A stretch of DNA of 64,000 bases from positions 17,490 to 81,489 of the IMG/VR virus record IMGVR_UViG_3300050821_009413, one strand, 5' to 3'. A program made the position numbers and the translations under genes. Below, piece after piece: positions 48,310-56,633 of this stretch. The DNA is from a virus. Taxonomy: Duplodnaviria > Heunggongvirae > Uroviricota > Caudoviricetes. The notes under the pieces were generated by a model. It saw only the letters and a program-made list of their open reading frames with translations. It was not told where the DNA came from and searched no databases. The first letter of the stretch is position 1. Each line of letters begins with the position of its first letter.

Positions 48310-49347
48310 ATGCGAATGCTTGCCTGGGTTGCGTTAGCTTTCGGGATCCCAACCGCGGCCTGGTGGACGTTTTTTTGGGCTGGCCTGCCGGTTCGGCGTG
48401 GGGAGTGGAAGTTTTTCACGGGCTGGATTGACGATTCGTCGCAGGAGACAACCCCGGGCCGGTGGAATCATGTCCGCCGGTACAGCGGGGAGATGCACTC
48501 CCGCGGTCACCCGCTCGCGCGGTGCCAAAGCAACCATGACGGGTCCCGGTTCGTTGTGTTGAACCTGGACCATTTCGGCTACCCGTGGGATGGTGGTTGT
48601 TTGGCGCGCAGGCTGCGCAGGTTGATCGATTTCGCTGCCCGGAGCGCGCTGGTTCAGGTGTTCCCGATCCCGAACGCGGCGTGGCACAGGCTGACACCCC
48701 GGGGCAGCGAGCGCCGTGAGTACAACTTTCGTGTGGTGCAGCGCCGCGGCAGGGAGTGCGTGTTCACTAGGACACACAAGTCGGGTGGGGATCCCGACTA
48801 CTTTCTGTCCGGGTTTGACCGTAATGAGCGCCCTGCGCTGTATTTTTTGACGCAGCTGCCCGGTCCGGTGGAGTCGATTCGGGCTGCGCGGGAAGCGTTG
48901 AAGCCGGACAGTGTGTTGATGGCCCTGGCTGGTGGCCGGAAGGTGTACCGGCAGGGCGACATGTTCGCTATCTGCACCGATCTGACGACCGCCGAGATTA
49001 GGGCGTTGGGCGGCACGGTGGAGGTGCTTACCGCCTATGCCGCCGCCGCCGACCGTGATGCGTTCGCGTTGTATGGGACGGCGCACACCGCGGACTATGT
49101 GGCGACGATGCCCGACGGGACGATGCTGGCGTTCGGGAAGATGCGTCACACGCCGTGGCTGATCGGCGATAACCGGGAGCCGGATCATAAGCCGTTAAAG
49201 TTGAAACGCGGCAGGTGGCATTTGGTCGCGAAGAACACCACCCCGATGGTCAAACCCGTCGAACCTGATCAGCCGTTTCAGAGTGTTGTGCGGCGGTTGG
49301 CGGCAGGCGACCAGGTGGCTATCACTTACATGCCGGAGGGGAGGTGA
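48310..49347 (+). CDS. Hypothetical phage protein
   Basis: C-terminal RQGD..H..RH..H motif seen in actinophage accessory proteins. Confidence 0.55.
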   Translation: MRMLAWVALAFGIPTAAWWTFFWAGLPVRRGEWKFFTGWIDDSSQETTPGRWNHVRRYSGEMHSRGHPLARCQSNHDGSRFVVLNLDHFGYPWDGGCLARRLRRLIDFAARSALVQVFPIPNAAWHRLTPRGSERREYNFRVVQRRGRECVFTRTHKSGGDPDYFLSGFDRNERPALYFLTQLPGPVESIRAAREALKPDSVLMALAGGRKVYRQGDMFAICTDLTTAEIRALGGTVEVLTAYAAAADRDAFALYGTAHTADYVATMPDGTMLAFGKMRHTPWLIGDNREPDHKPLKLKRGRWHLVAKNTTPMVKPVEPDQPFQSVVRRLAAGDQVAITYMPEGR

Positions 49348-49493
49348 ATGAATTGAAGGATGTCACGTTGTTAGAGCGTGTCAGCGAGGAGGTTTCGGAG
49401 ATCAAGGCCGAGAACAACCTCACCCCGGATCAGCCGGTGAAGTACGAGCCGATGGCGTGGACCCGTCAGGGTTTCGCCGACTAAGACCTTGTT

Positions 49494-49548
49494 GTCCGGG
49501 GCTGGCCATAGTTGCTGTGATATCCAGACCGAATCCGCCGCCCCGGAC
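49494..49548 (+). ncRNA. TIGR-like dual-guide hairpin (solo, intergenic)
   Basis: GTCCGGGGCTGG-CCA-TAGTTGCTG-TG-ATAT-CCA-GACCGAATC-CG-CCGCCCCGGAC. Confidence 0.8.
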
Positions 49549-49604
49549 TTCAAGCAAATTATGCCACCCGCCTGATATATTGGTGTGGACGGAAGGAGAG
49601 GTAA

Positions 49605-49727
49605 ATGGGAGAGATCGGGACGAATCCGCGCCGGATCGAGGTGATTCCCGCGACGCCGCCAGTGCGCCGCGAGGTCCCCGAGAAGTCGCCGACCCCAACG
49701 CGTGAACCGGAAAAAGTACCGGCATGA
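49605..49727 (+). CDS. 40-aa Pro/Glu-rich peptide
   Basis: RBS gaaggagag; MGEIGTNPRRIEVIPATPPVRREVPEKSPTPTREPEKVPA; ATGA overlap with next gene. Confidence 0.65.
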   Translation: MGEIGTNPRRIEVIPATPPVRREVPEKSPTPTREPEKVPA

Positions 49728-50398
49728 CCGAGGCGGTCAAAGCCGACGAGATCGGCGATATCGAGGTCGGAAGGTACGGGCTACGTACCTTCAAAATCGA
49801 CCATAAACGCCGTGAACTGCGCGCTTTGACCCAACGCAATGGGTCCCCAACGGAATGGGACGGCGGCATCTGCATCGCCAGGTGCCGCTATTCCAAACAC
49901 AAAGCACCCAACGACCTGTGCTCAGCTGGCTGCGGCGTGTACGCCGCTAACAGCTTGGAAGGGTTGAAACAGTTCGGGTTTTTCCCGCGGGAGTTGACCG
50001 CGGTGATCGCCGCGGAAGGCAAAACCATCATCGGTGAGACCGGCTTCCGCACCGAAGCGGCCCGGGTGGTCGCCTACTGGGCACCGTATCAACGCGCCCG
50101 CAAGGTTTGTGAGCAGCGCTGCGCCGGAGCTAAGCATTACACCATGTTGGATGACATGTTGAGGGATTACGGCCTGCCCCGCGGCGACGTCAAGTGGGGT
50201 CGCCGCCGGTTCACGATGACGCTGGGCCGCCTCCAAGCGTTCTGGGTGGTGTGGTGCGCATCGTTCTGCGTGTACGACTCGGTGTCCGCGTGGGCCTACT
50301 TCATGAACCACAATGTGGCTATGACGATAACCGACGCCGCGTCAGCGCTGCTGATGGGCGCTTTGACGTTCTTCAACTACCACGCCCGTAAACGCTGA
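49724..50398 (+). CDS. Hypothetical protein, CxCG(V/I)Y family, C-terminal TM helices
   Basis: EVGRYGLRTF..H..P..C..GVYA..VIAAEG..IG..G.RT; paralog of 54019..54723. Confidence 0.6.
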   Translation: MTEAVKADEIGDIEVGRYGLRTFKIDHKRRELRALTQRNGSPTEWDGGICIARCRYSKHKAPNDLCSAGCGVYAANSLEGLKQFGFFPRELTAVIAAEGKTIIGETGFRTEAARVVAYWAPYQRARKVCEQRCAGAKHYTMLDDMLRDYGLPRGDVKWGRRRFTMTLGRLQAFWVVWCASFCVYDSVSAWAYFMNHNVAMTITDAASALLMGALTFFNYHARKR

Positions 50399-50399
50399 G

Positions 50400-50663
50400 A
50401 TGGCAGCGATGATCGTAGTCGACCACCAGCCGGCCTATGTCCCTATAGGCGGCAACCGGCTGATGCTGCTGGGCGAGTTCAGTCGCACAGTCACCGTCGA
50501 GTGCGCCGCGTGTGAATGGAGTTGGCCGCTCAAACTGATAGCTGACGATGTACTTACCGATGACCAGTGCGATGAGCTACTGAACTCGTATTTACGAGAC
50601 CATGGTTGGGGCGTCGGCGTCGATGACACCTGCCCGACCTGCGCCACCTCGCTGGACGCCTGA
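50400..50663 (+). CDS. Small CxxC protein
   Basis: CAAC..CPTC. Confidence 0.5.
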   Translation: MAAMIVVDHQPAYVPIGGNRLMLLGEFSRTVTVECAACEWSWPLKLIADDVLTDDQCDELLNSYLRDHGWGVGVDDTCPTCATSLDA

Positions 50664-50958
50664 TGCCGACGTGCGCCCGATGCGACCACCCTCCAGTGTG
50701 TCATCGCCGCGGCCCATGCGAACACGTCAAGCGGACGGGTTGGATTCCGTCACGCAGCCGCTTCGAATTTGAGACGCCCTGCGCCTGCCCGGAGTGGACA
50801 GATACCGCCCCGCCGAAGGGGAAACCGAAGGCCCGGTAAAGGGTCGGTAACACCCAAAAATTGGCCCGCCTCAAGGGCATCTCAATCCCAAGTTTGCGCG
50901 ACACGCCGTTGTATGCTGCGCGTTAGTGGCCTCCGTCACGGCCACGGATGGGTGCCAG

Positions 50959-51198
50959 ATGCAGTCGCTCGAAGACCTGTTCAACACGATAGAAGACCCC
51001 GCGCGGCGCTGTAAAACATGCCGATGGTATGAGGCGTTGGACGCCCCGAACAAGGCGTTCTTCGACCGTAAGGCCGACGAAAACAAAACGAAACTGTGGC
51101 ACGCCTGCCGCAAAGGCGGCCTAGATATCGCCTACTCATCGTTCCGTGACCACTTCCTCCACGGACATCACGAAGGCCCGGCGCGTGTCTCTGGTTGA
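50959..51198 (+). CDS. Small Cys/His protein
   Basis: CKTC..C..H..H; precedes phosphoesterase. Confidence 0.5.
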   Translation: MQSLEDLFNTIEDPARRCKTCRWYEALDAPNKAFFDRKADENKTKLWHACRKGGLDIAYSSFRDHFLHGHHEGPARVSG

Positions 51199-52381
51199 CG
51201 ACTACGAGGAAGGCCCAGACCCCGGCGAAGAGGCCCTAGCACAAAGGGTCGAGTTCGACGGCAACTCAGGTTTCGTGGAGACCGGCCCGATACCGCTGAA
51301 CGCCGACGTCCCAACCGTTGTTCAAGGGATCCTCACCGAGATCGGCTACGACGTCTCCAACCTCCACATCGGGCGCACACTACGGGCGTCGCACTGGCAG
51401 CAACGCGCCCGTAAACGCGAATGGTCCGACAAACACCTCGCCTACATCCAGACCGACGAGTTCGAAACGGTGTGGCTGCACGCCGTGAAGGTGGAAATCC
51501 AAACCAACGTCCTGACCGCGGACCTGCCCGCACTGTACGCGGCGACGGAGAAAACGAAAGCGTCAAAGCAGTTCAACCCGAAGACCGGGGACTCCACAAT
51601 CGTGGTGTGCTGGGCCGACATCCAAACCGGCAAATGCGATCACCTCGGCGGCCTCCAAGAACAGCTGGACCGCCTCGAAGCTAAACGCGGCAACCTGGAA
51701 AACTACTTCAAACAACACCAATTCGACCATGTGGTGATCGCCGACTGCGGCGACATCATCGAAGGCTTCCAAAACTTCGACGCCCAAACCCGCACCAACA
51801 GCCTATCCGTCATGGACCAGGTTGATGTGGCGGCCACCGAACTGTGGAAACTGATCGAACTGTGCGCCTCCAAAGCCCACGTCGACATGCTGTCCATCCC
51901 GTCGAATCACTGCAGGTGGGCCAGGGGTAAGTCGTTGATCGGGAAAACCACAGACGACTGGGGTCTGCACGTCAATAAACGCCTCGAACGGATGAACGAA
52001 CAGGTTGGCCTCCCAGTGCGGTTCCACCGCGCCGAGGAGTGGATGGAAACCTTGCAGTTCGATATCCGTAACAGCCGCCTCGGCCTCGCCCACGGCCATC
52101 AGGTCAACAACCCCGACCAAATCAAAAACTGGTGGGCCAAAATGACCCACGCCGGCGTCCTGTCCTGCGACATCCTGGTCACCGGGCATTTCCACTTCCC
52201 GTCGCTGCGCCCGTCAGGGAAAACCGCGGACGGGCGCTCAAAATGGCACGTCCAAGCGTCCACCCTCGACAACGGATCCTCATGGGTCCGCAACAAGTAC
52301 GGCGAAGACGGCGACCCCGCGCTGACCGTGTTCAAAATCACCGACGACGGATTCGATGTCGGCGGTTTCTCGCTGATATGA
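51185..52381 (+). CDS. Calcineurin-like metallophosphoesterase
   Basis: WADIQ..GDIIEG..PSNH..AHGH..GHFH. Confidence 0.85.
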   Translation: MSLVDDYEEGPDPGEEALAQRVEFDGNSGFVETGPIPLNADVPTVVQGILTEIGYDVSNLHIGRTLRASHWQQRARKREWSDKHLAYIQTDEFETVWLHAVKVEIQTNVLTADLPALYAATEKTKASKQFNPKTGDSTIVVCWADIQTGKCDHLGGLQEQLDRLEAKRGNLENYFKQHQFDHVVIADCGDIIEGFQNFDAQTRTNSLSVMDQVDVAATELWKLIELCASKAHVDMLSIPSNHCRWARGKSLIGKTTDDWGLHVNKRLERMNEQVGLPVRFHRAEEWMETLQFDIRNSRLGLAHGHQVNNPDQIKNWWAKMTHAGVLSCDILVTGHFHFPSLRPSGKTADGRSKWHVQASTLDNGSSWVRNKYGEDGDPALTVFKITDDGFDVGGFSLI

Positions 52382-53122
52382 GAATTAGGCTGGTGGTGTT
52401 CGGTGCCGAAGTGTTCCTGCTCGAATTATCGCGCCAAAACCCGGAGGAACTGCTGGCCGGAGCCTTCGCCGATATGCAACAAGACGACGACGACGAACAT
52501 GAACACCGCGCACAATTCAACTACGGCCCCGGGCACTGCCACATCGAACGCAGCCCAGAATGCGACGACTGGGGCGACGACAGGAAACATGGAAACACCA
52601 TCGGATTCAGATAGCCCAGACCGCGACGCCATCGATGACCTGGTCGACTGGCAGATGAAAGAAAGCCTCGCCGCAGAAAAAGAAGCCAACGTCCCAGCCT
52701 GGTTCCTAGGCTTCTACTAACAGCCCGTACTAAGATGAACTAGTTGGGTGAAGGCCCGTAATAAAGGATCACGCACTCGCAGCAACGACTGCCCAGCACC
52801 GATTCGGTTCCCGGCTAAACGGTTGGGCCGCCCAACTCCTAAGCGAACGGCGCGATCCTGTGCATCGTCGCTAACACTTCTTCCAGGCCGGCGACAACGT
52901 CGGCGACGCCTTCTTGCACAGCCTGCGCAACAACCTGAGGTATTTGCAGCGTGTCCGCCACGTTCTGCGGCACCGCCTCAACAGTCGGCGTCATCCCGGT
53001 GCATGTGGTTGGTGCCACACCAGCGATAGCGGCTTCGAGCGCAGCGAACCGCGCATCCACAACACAGCGGACACGCTGTTCAATCCAACGGGAAAACCAA
53101 CCCACCACATAAGTGTGACACC

Positions 53123-53152
53123 TTGACCGCCTACTACGCGCGATGGTACAGT
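53123..53152 (+). promoter_or_regulatory. SigA-type promoter for distal tRNA block
   Basis: TTGACC-N18-TACAGT. Confidence 0.6.
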
Positions 53153-53311
53153 TATGACACCCTGTGGGAAACCGCAGGGTGCAAACTTTTGAGCTAGAGA
53201 GGAGCGCCTTAACATGCGAATGCACCGTAAACCGGAGCCTGAACAGCAGAATCAGGTGCCCGTAGCTCAGGAGCAGAATTCTTAAGGGTTGCTCGCCTGC
53301 CTCTGCGTTCA

Positions 53312-53383
53312 GGGGCGTTGGTGAAATGGCATCACCCTAGACTTTTAATCTATGAGTTGCGGGTTCGACCCCCGTGCGCCCCA
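53312..53383 (+). tRNA. tRNA-Lys(TTT)
   Basis: taga-CT TTT AA-tcta. Confidence 0.88.
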
Positions 53384-53387
53384 CTCT

Positions 53388-53460
53388 GGTTCCATGAGGT
53401 AAAGGCAAGCCTGCGAGGTTTTCACCCTCGTTGTCCGGGTTCGACTTCCCGGTGGAACTA
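53388..53460 (+). tRNA. tRNA-Glu(TTC)
   Basis: cgagg-TT TTC AC-cctcg. Confidence 0.88.
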
Positions 53461-53461
53461 C

Positions 53462-53534
53462 GCCTCCTTAGAGTAGCGGTCATCTCGTCGCGTTCTCAGC
53501 GCGAAGATCGCCGGTTCGAACCCGGCAGGAGGTA
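53462..53534 (+). tRNA. tRNA-Glu(CTC)
   Basis: tcgcg-TT CTC AG-cgcga. Confidence 0.88.
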
Positions 53535-53550
53535 CGCAACAACTAAACAG

Positions 53551-53625
53551 TGGCATGTAGCTCAATTAGGCAGCAGCGCCTGGCCGTTAACCAGGAGGTT
53601 GAAGGTTCGATTCCTTCCGTGCCAG
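53551..53625 (+). tRNA. tRNA-Asn(GTT)
   Basis: cctgg-CC GTT AA-ccagg (C33). Confidence 0.85.
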
Positions 53626-53694
53626 CGATATCGCTAGTGTCCGGTTATAGGTGATTGGAATTCTGGGGTCATTCCCCGGTGAGGTCGGACGCCT

Positions 53695-53766
53695 TGGGAT
53701 GTGGTGTAACGGCAGCATGACAGGCTCTGAACCTGTCGGTTTTTGGTTCGAATCCAGGCATCCCAG
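53695..53766 (+). tRNA. tRNA-Gln(CTG)
   Basis: acagg-CT CTG AA-cctgt. Confidence 0.9.
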
Positions 53767-53779
53767 CGGTACAACTTAA

Positions 53780-53852
53780 TGCGGGGTATATCAGCGGCAG
53801 ATTGTCGGCCTCATAAGCCTGACGGACAAGGGTTCGAGTCCCTTCCTCGCTA
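53780..53852 (+). tRNA. tRNA-Met/Ile2(CAT)
   Basis: Loop CT CAT AA; isotype ambiguous. Confidence 0.8.
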
Positions 53853-53855
53853 CTA

Positions 53856-53930
53856 GACAGGTAGTCCGGTTCGACTCCGGCGGCGTGGCCGCGGCGACGC
53901 TGAAGTGTAATGGGAGCACGCCTGTCGCCA
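53856..53930 (+). ncRNA. Circularly permuted tRNA-like RNA (YrlA-like) ending in GCCA
   Basis: GACAGGT/GCCTGTC closing stem; T arm ccgg-TTCGACT-ccgg first; looped acceptor cggcgt/acgctg; then D arm gtgt-aatggga-gcac. Confidence 0.7.
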
Positions 53931-53932
53931 AA

Positions 53933-54006
53933 CGCGCGGTGGAGGAGTTAGGTTCCTTGCAGGGTTCATACCCCTGAGACGCTCGGTTCGAATCCGGCCC
54001 GCGCAA
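53933..54006 (+). tRNA. Initiator tRNA-fMet(CAT)
   Basis: C1:A72 mismatch; caggg-TT CAT AC-ccctg with three G-C pairs. Confidence 0.88.
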
Positions 54007-54018
54007 CTAAGCCTAGGA

Positions 54019-54723
54019 ATGGGCACTCGTGTGGCATATTCTGGTGGTGTGTCTGTGCCTGATGGTTCGTTGCCTGATGTTGAGGTTGGTCGGTTCGCGT
54101 TGCGGACGTTCGCGCTCAGATACATCCGTGTGACTGATCCGGCGCTTAGATACACAGGTTGGGAGACTGTGACTGATCTGGTTCAGAGGTTCGGGTGGTG
54201 GGAGGAAGGCCCGAACGCGGTTGTTAAGGTGTGGGCGTCGCCGTCGTATGCGAAGGATGGTGATTGGGAGGACGGCACGTGTACGGCGACCTGTTCCCGC
54301 GGCCCGCAGGTCAACCGTAAGCTGCGCCAGAATAAGCTGGGCCAGAATGTGTATACGCACGAGGCGGCGCATCAGGTTCCTGATATGGATTGTTCTTGCG
54401 GTATTTATGGGTCGTTGTCGTATGCGGATCTGATTCACCAGTATAAGAGGAATGCGCATAATATTGTTGCGGTGGTTGCTGCTGAGGGTGCGACGGTGAT
54501 CGGGGATCGCGGTTTGCGGACGGCGTTCGCCCGGGTGGTGGCGTATTGGGTCGGTCCGGACCCGGTTCATATTAAGGTGGCTGAGGTTCAGTTTTCGGGG
54601 GCGAAGCGGTTCGATTCGATCACCGATATGTTGCCGGCGTACGGGTTGGCGTTGTTGCCGCCGGGTGTGGAACCGGACGGTAGTGGCCCGAACTGGTGGA
54701 CGGAGAAAACCGGTGGCCGCTGA
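54019..54723 (+). CDS. Hypothetical protein, CxCG(V/I)Y family
   Basis: EVGRFALRTF..H.VP..CSCGIYG..VVAAEG..IG..G.RT; paralog of 49724..50398. Confidence 0.6.
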   Translation: MGTRVAYSGGVSVPDGSLPDVEVGRFALRTFALRYIRVTDPALRYTGWETVTDLVQRFGWWEEGPNAVVKVWASPSYAKDGDWEDGTCTATCSRGPQVNRKLRQNKLGQNVYTHEAAHQVPDMDCSCGIYGSLSYADLIHQYKRNAHNIVAVVAAEGATVIGDRGLRTAFARVVAYWVGPDPVHIKVAEVQFSGAKRFDSITDMLPAYGLALLPPGVEPDGSGPNWWTEKTGGR

Positions 54724-55104
54724 CGAGTGGGACGCTTTGAACTGGTCGGAGAAGGACGGCGTCTGGTACGCCGGCTCAGTGACTGGCGGTGTCTACAAGG
54801 TTTTTAAGTCCCCATACGATTTCATCAGATCCACCTTTGGTTTAGAGAAGACGAAAAGCGAGTTGTGGGAGTGTGACTATACGTCGTCGCGGTCGGGGAA
54901 GTTGATCGGTCACGTGGGGGAAAGCTACGACCTTGCGGAGATCAAGAAAGCGGCTGCGGCGCATCATACTAAGCGGCGGCTGTTGGGGTTTGTGGATATT
55001 ATGTCTCGTCCGGTGTGGCATCCGGCGTCTGAGTTGCCGGCGTTTCTGCAGCGTAAATCTGGTGCTCTGGATGAGTGGAGATCAGACCACGGCGAGGGCG
55101 GCGA

Positions 55105-55296
55105 ATGACCACCAATGCACTGCGCTACTTCACGACCATGCCCATCGTGCCGAACGGCGCGAGGCGGAACTTCCAAATCTATCGGCGCGACGGCGAACCG
55201 GCCTACATCATGAGCGTCGGCCCGAATACTACAGGCATTCTGGTGCCGGACGGTTGCGCGGCGGCGGAGATGATCACGATCGAGTTGAATGCTTGA
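55105..55296 (+). CDS. Hypothetical protein
   Basis: Coupled small ORF. Confidence 0.45.
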   Translation: MTTNALRYFTTMPIVPNGARRNFQIYRRDGEPAYIMSVGPNTTGILVPDGCAAAEMITIELNA

Positions 55297-55466
55297 CAGC
55301 ACCATAGTGGTGTGGGTAGGTTGTTGGTGTGTAGGTAGCCAAGTACTTAAGCCCATCAACCACCGTCTGGTCGTTGGTGGGCTTTCTTGTGTCTGAAACC
55401 CCTAGCGTTAAAGGCCAGCTTGGTGGTAGGCTTGCACACCGTTACGAAGGATCAAAGTGAGGAACG

Positions 55467-56231
55467 ATGACCAATCAAATTAAGCTCAACCAAATCATTG
55501 CCATCGAGAAAGGTGTCAAGAATCAGACCACCCGCGTGGAGACTGATCTGTACCACTCTTTGGAGAAGAAGCAGCTTTTCGCGGGTTTGAGTCGGACGTA
55601 CCGTCCGAAGGATGAGGAGGACGGTGACCGTCTTCCGCCGGAGTCGGTGTCGGTTCAGATCAAGTCGACGGATGTGCTTAAGCAGCTCACCCAGGTGTTG
55701 ACGAGGCTGTTCGATGTCACGGCCACTAAGGACGCGGCTAACACCAGGGCCAAGGCCGACGTTGTTGTAGACGGAACTGTGATCGCGGCGGCGGTGCCGG
55801 TGACGACGTTGATGTTCTTCGAGAAGGAGTTGGAGAAGATCGCTGCGTTCGTGGGCCGGGTGCCTCTGCTTGATCCGGCTATCCAGTGGAGTTACGACGA
55901 TTCGGTCGGGGTGTTCCGGTCCGCTCCGGTGGAGACGGTCCGCACGAAGAAGGTTCCGAAGAACCACGTGCTGGCCGAGGCCACGAAGGAACACCCTGCG
56001 CAGGTGCAGATGTTCACCGAAGATATCCCTGTCGGTATGTGGTCGAAGACCGAGTTTTCCGGTGCGATGAAGGCTGATGACGTCGCCGCTATCGCGTCGC
56101 GGGTCGATAAGCTGCGCACCGCGGTGAAGTTCGCGCGGGAAGAAGCTAACAGCATCGCCGTGGAGGACGTTCACTACGGCGAGAACATCCTTAACTACCT
56201 CTTCGAAGGAGGTTCACAAGTTTCGGGTTGA
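55467..56231 (+). CDS. Conserved actinobacterial hypothetical protein (KLNQIIAxEKG family)
   Basis: Strong RBS; helical plus beta-hairpin pattern; directly upstream of tandem tRNA-mimic RNAs. Confidence 0.7.
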   Translation: MTNQIKLNQIIAIEKGVKNQTTRVETDLYHSLEKKQLFAGLSRTYRPKDEEDGDRLPPESVSVQIKSTDVLKQLTQVLTRLFDVTATKDAANTRAKADVVVDGTVIAAAVPVTTLMFFEKELEKIAAFVGRVPLLDPAIQWSYDDSVGVFRSAPVETVRTKKVPKNHVLAEATKEHPAQVQMFTEDIPVGMWSKTEFSGAMKADDVAAIASRVDKLRTAVKFAREEANSIAVEDVHYGENILNYLFEGGSQVSG

Positions 56232-56274
56232 GCACCCGATGCCAAGCGCAGCTTGGCGAATCTCAGATTGATGA

Positions 56275-56398
56275 TTGAAGCTGAGATAACCGATGTCCAG
56301 TGCAAGTTCGAATCTTGCCCTCGGCTCCACATGCCGGGGTAGCCCAATTGGTAGAGGCAACATCGGCCATCAACGTTAAATTATTGCTCTAGATTCAA
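56275..56398 (+). ncRNA. Permuted tRNA-like RNA 1 with long basal stem (Y-RNA-like)
   Basis: ccgatgt/acatcgg; T arm gcaag-TTCGAAT-cttgc; looped acceptor cctcggc/gccgggg; D arm with AATTGGTA; basal TTGAAGCTGAG..CTCTAGATTCAA. Confidence 0.75.
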
Positions 56399-56427
56399 AC
56401 CCAGGTAGACGTGTCAAATCGACCGGG

Positions 56428-56533
56428 TGAAGGTAGACGTAGCAGAGATGGTGGTTCAATCCCGCCCGCCCCCTCCAAAATTCATGGGGGCGTGGCCCAA
56501 TGGCAAGGCGCTGCGACACTTAAACTAACCTTC
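56428..56533 (+). ncRNA. Permuted tRNA-like RNA 2 with long basal stem (Y-RNA-like)
   Basis: gtagcag/ctgcgac; T arm ggtgg-TTCAATC-ccgcc; looped acceptor cgccccc/gggggcg; D arm AATGGCAA; basal TGAAGGTAG..CTAACCTTC. Confidence 0.75.
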
Positions 56534-56595
56534 GTCCTTAAATGTGTTGACACGGAAATGAATACCACCAAATGACCCGAAAAATCATTTGATTT

Positions 56596-56629
56596 GATGC
56601 CGGGCCGCCGGAGATGCGGCCCGGCATCC
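56596..56629 (+). terminator. GC-rich hairpin, possible terminator/processing site
   Basis: gatgccgggccgc-cggagat-gcggcccggcatc 13-bp stem; no U-tract. Confidence 0.45.
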
Positions 56630-56633
56630 CTAA

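Noticed and set aside
41800-49600. CRISPR array
   Set aside because: No direct repeats with 25-45-nt spacers and no cas genes; the repeated units have two 8-9-nt variable segments inside a hairpin.
52743-52838. Structured region with a degenerate minus-strand unit (CCA-N10-CG-N4-CCG-N9-TG)
   Set aside because: Two deviations and a shifted stem; not counted.
53637-53692. T-armless tRNA(CAT)
   Set aside because: Acceptor-like stem exists but no T arm and no credible D arm.
55349-55384. Hairpin with loop CCA-N9-CG
   Set aside because: Single spacer; followed by a T-rich run, so better explained as a terminator.
28307-55407. 13-bp match GAAACCCCTAGCG at 28307 and 55395
   Set aside because: Tens of 13-bp pair matches are expected by chance in 64 kb.
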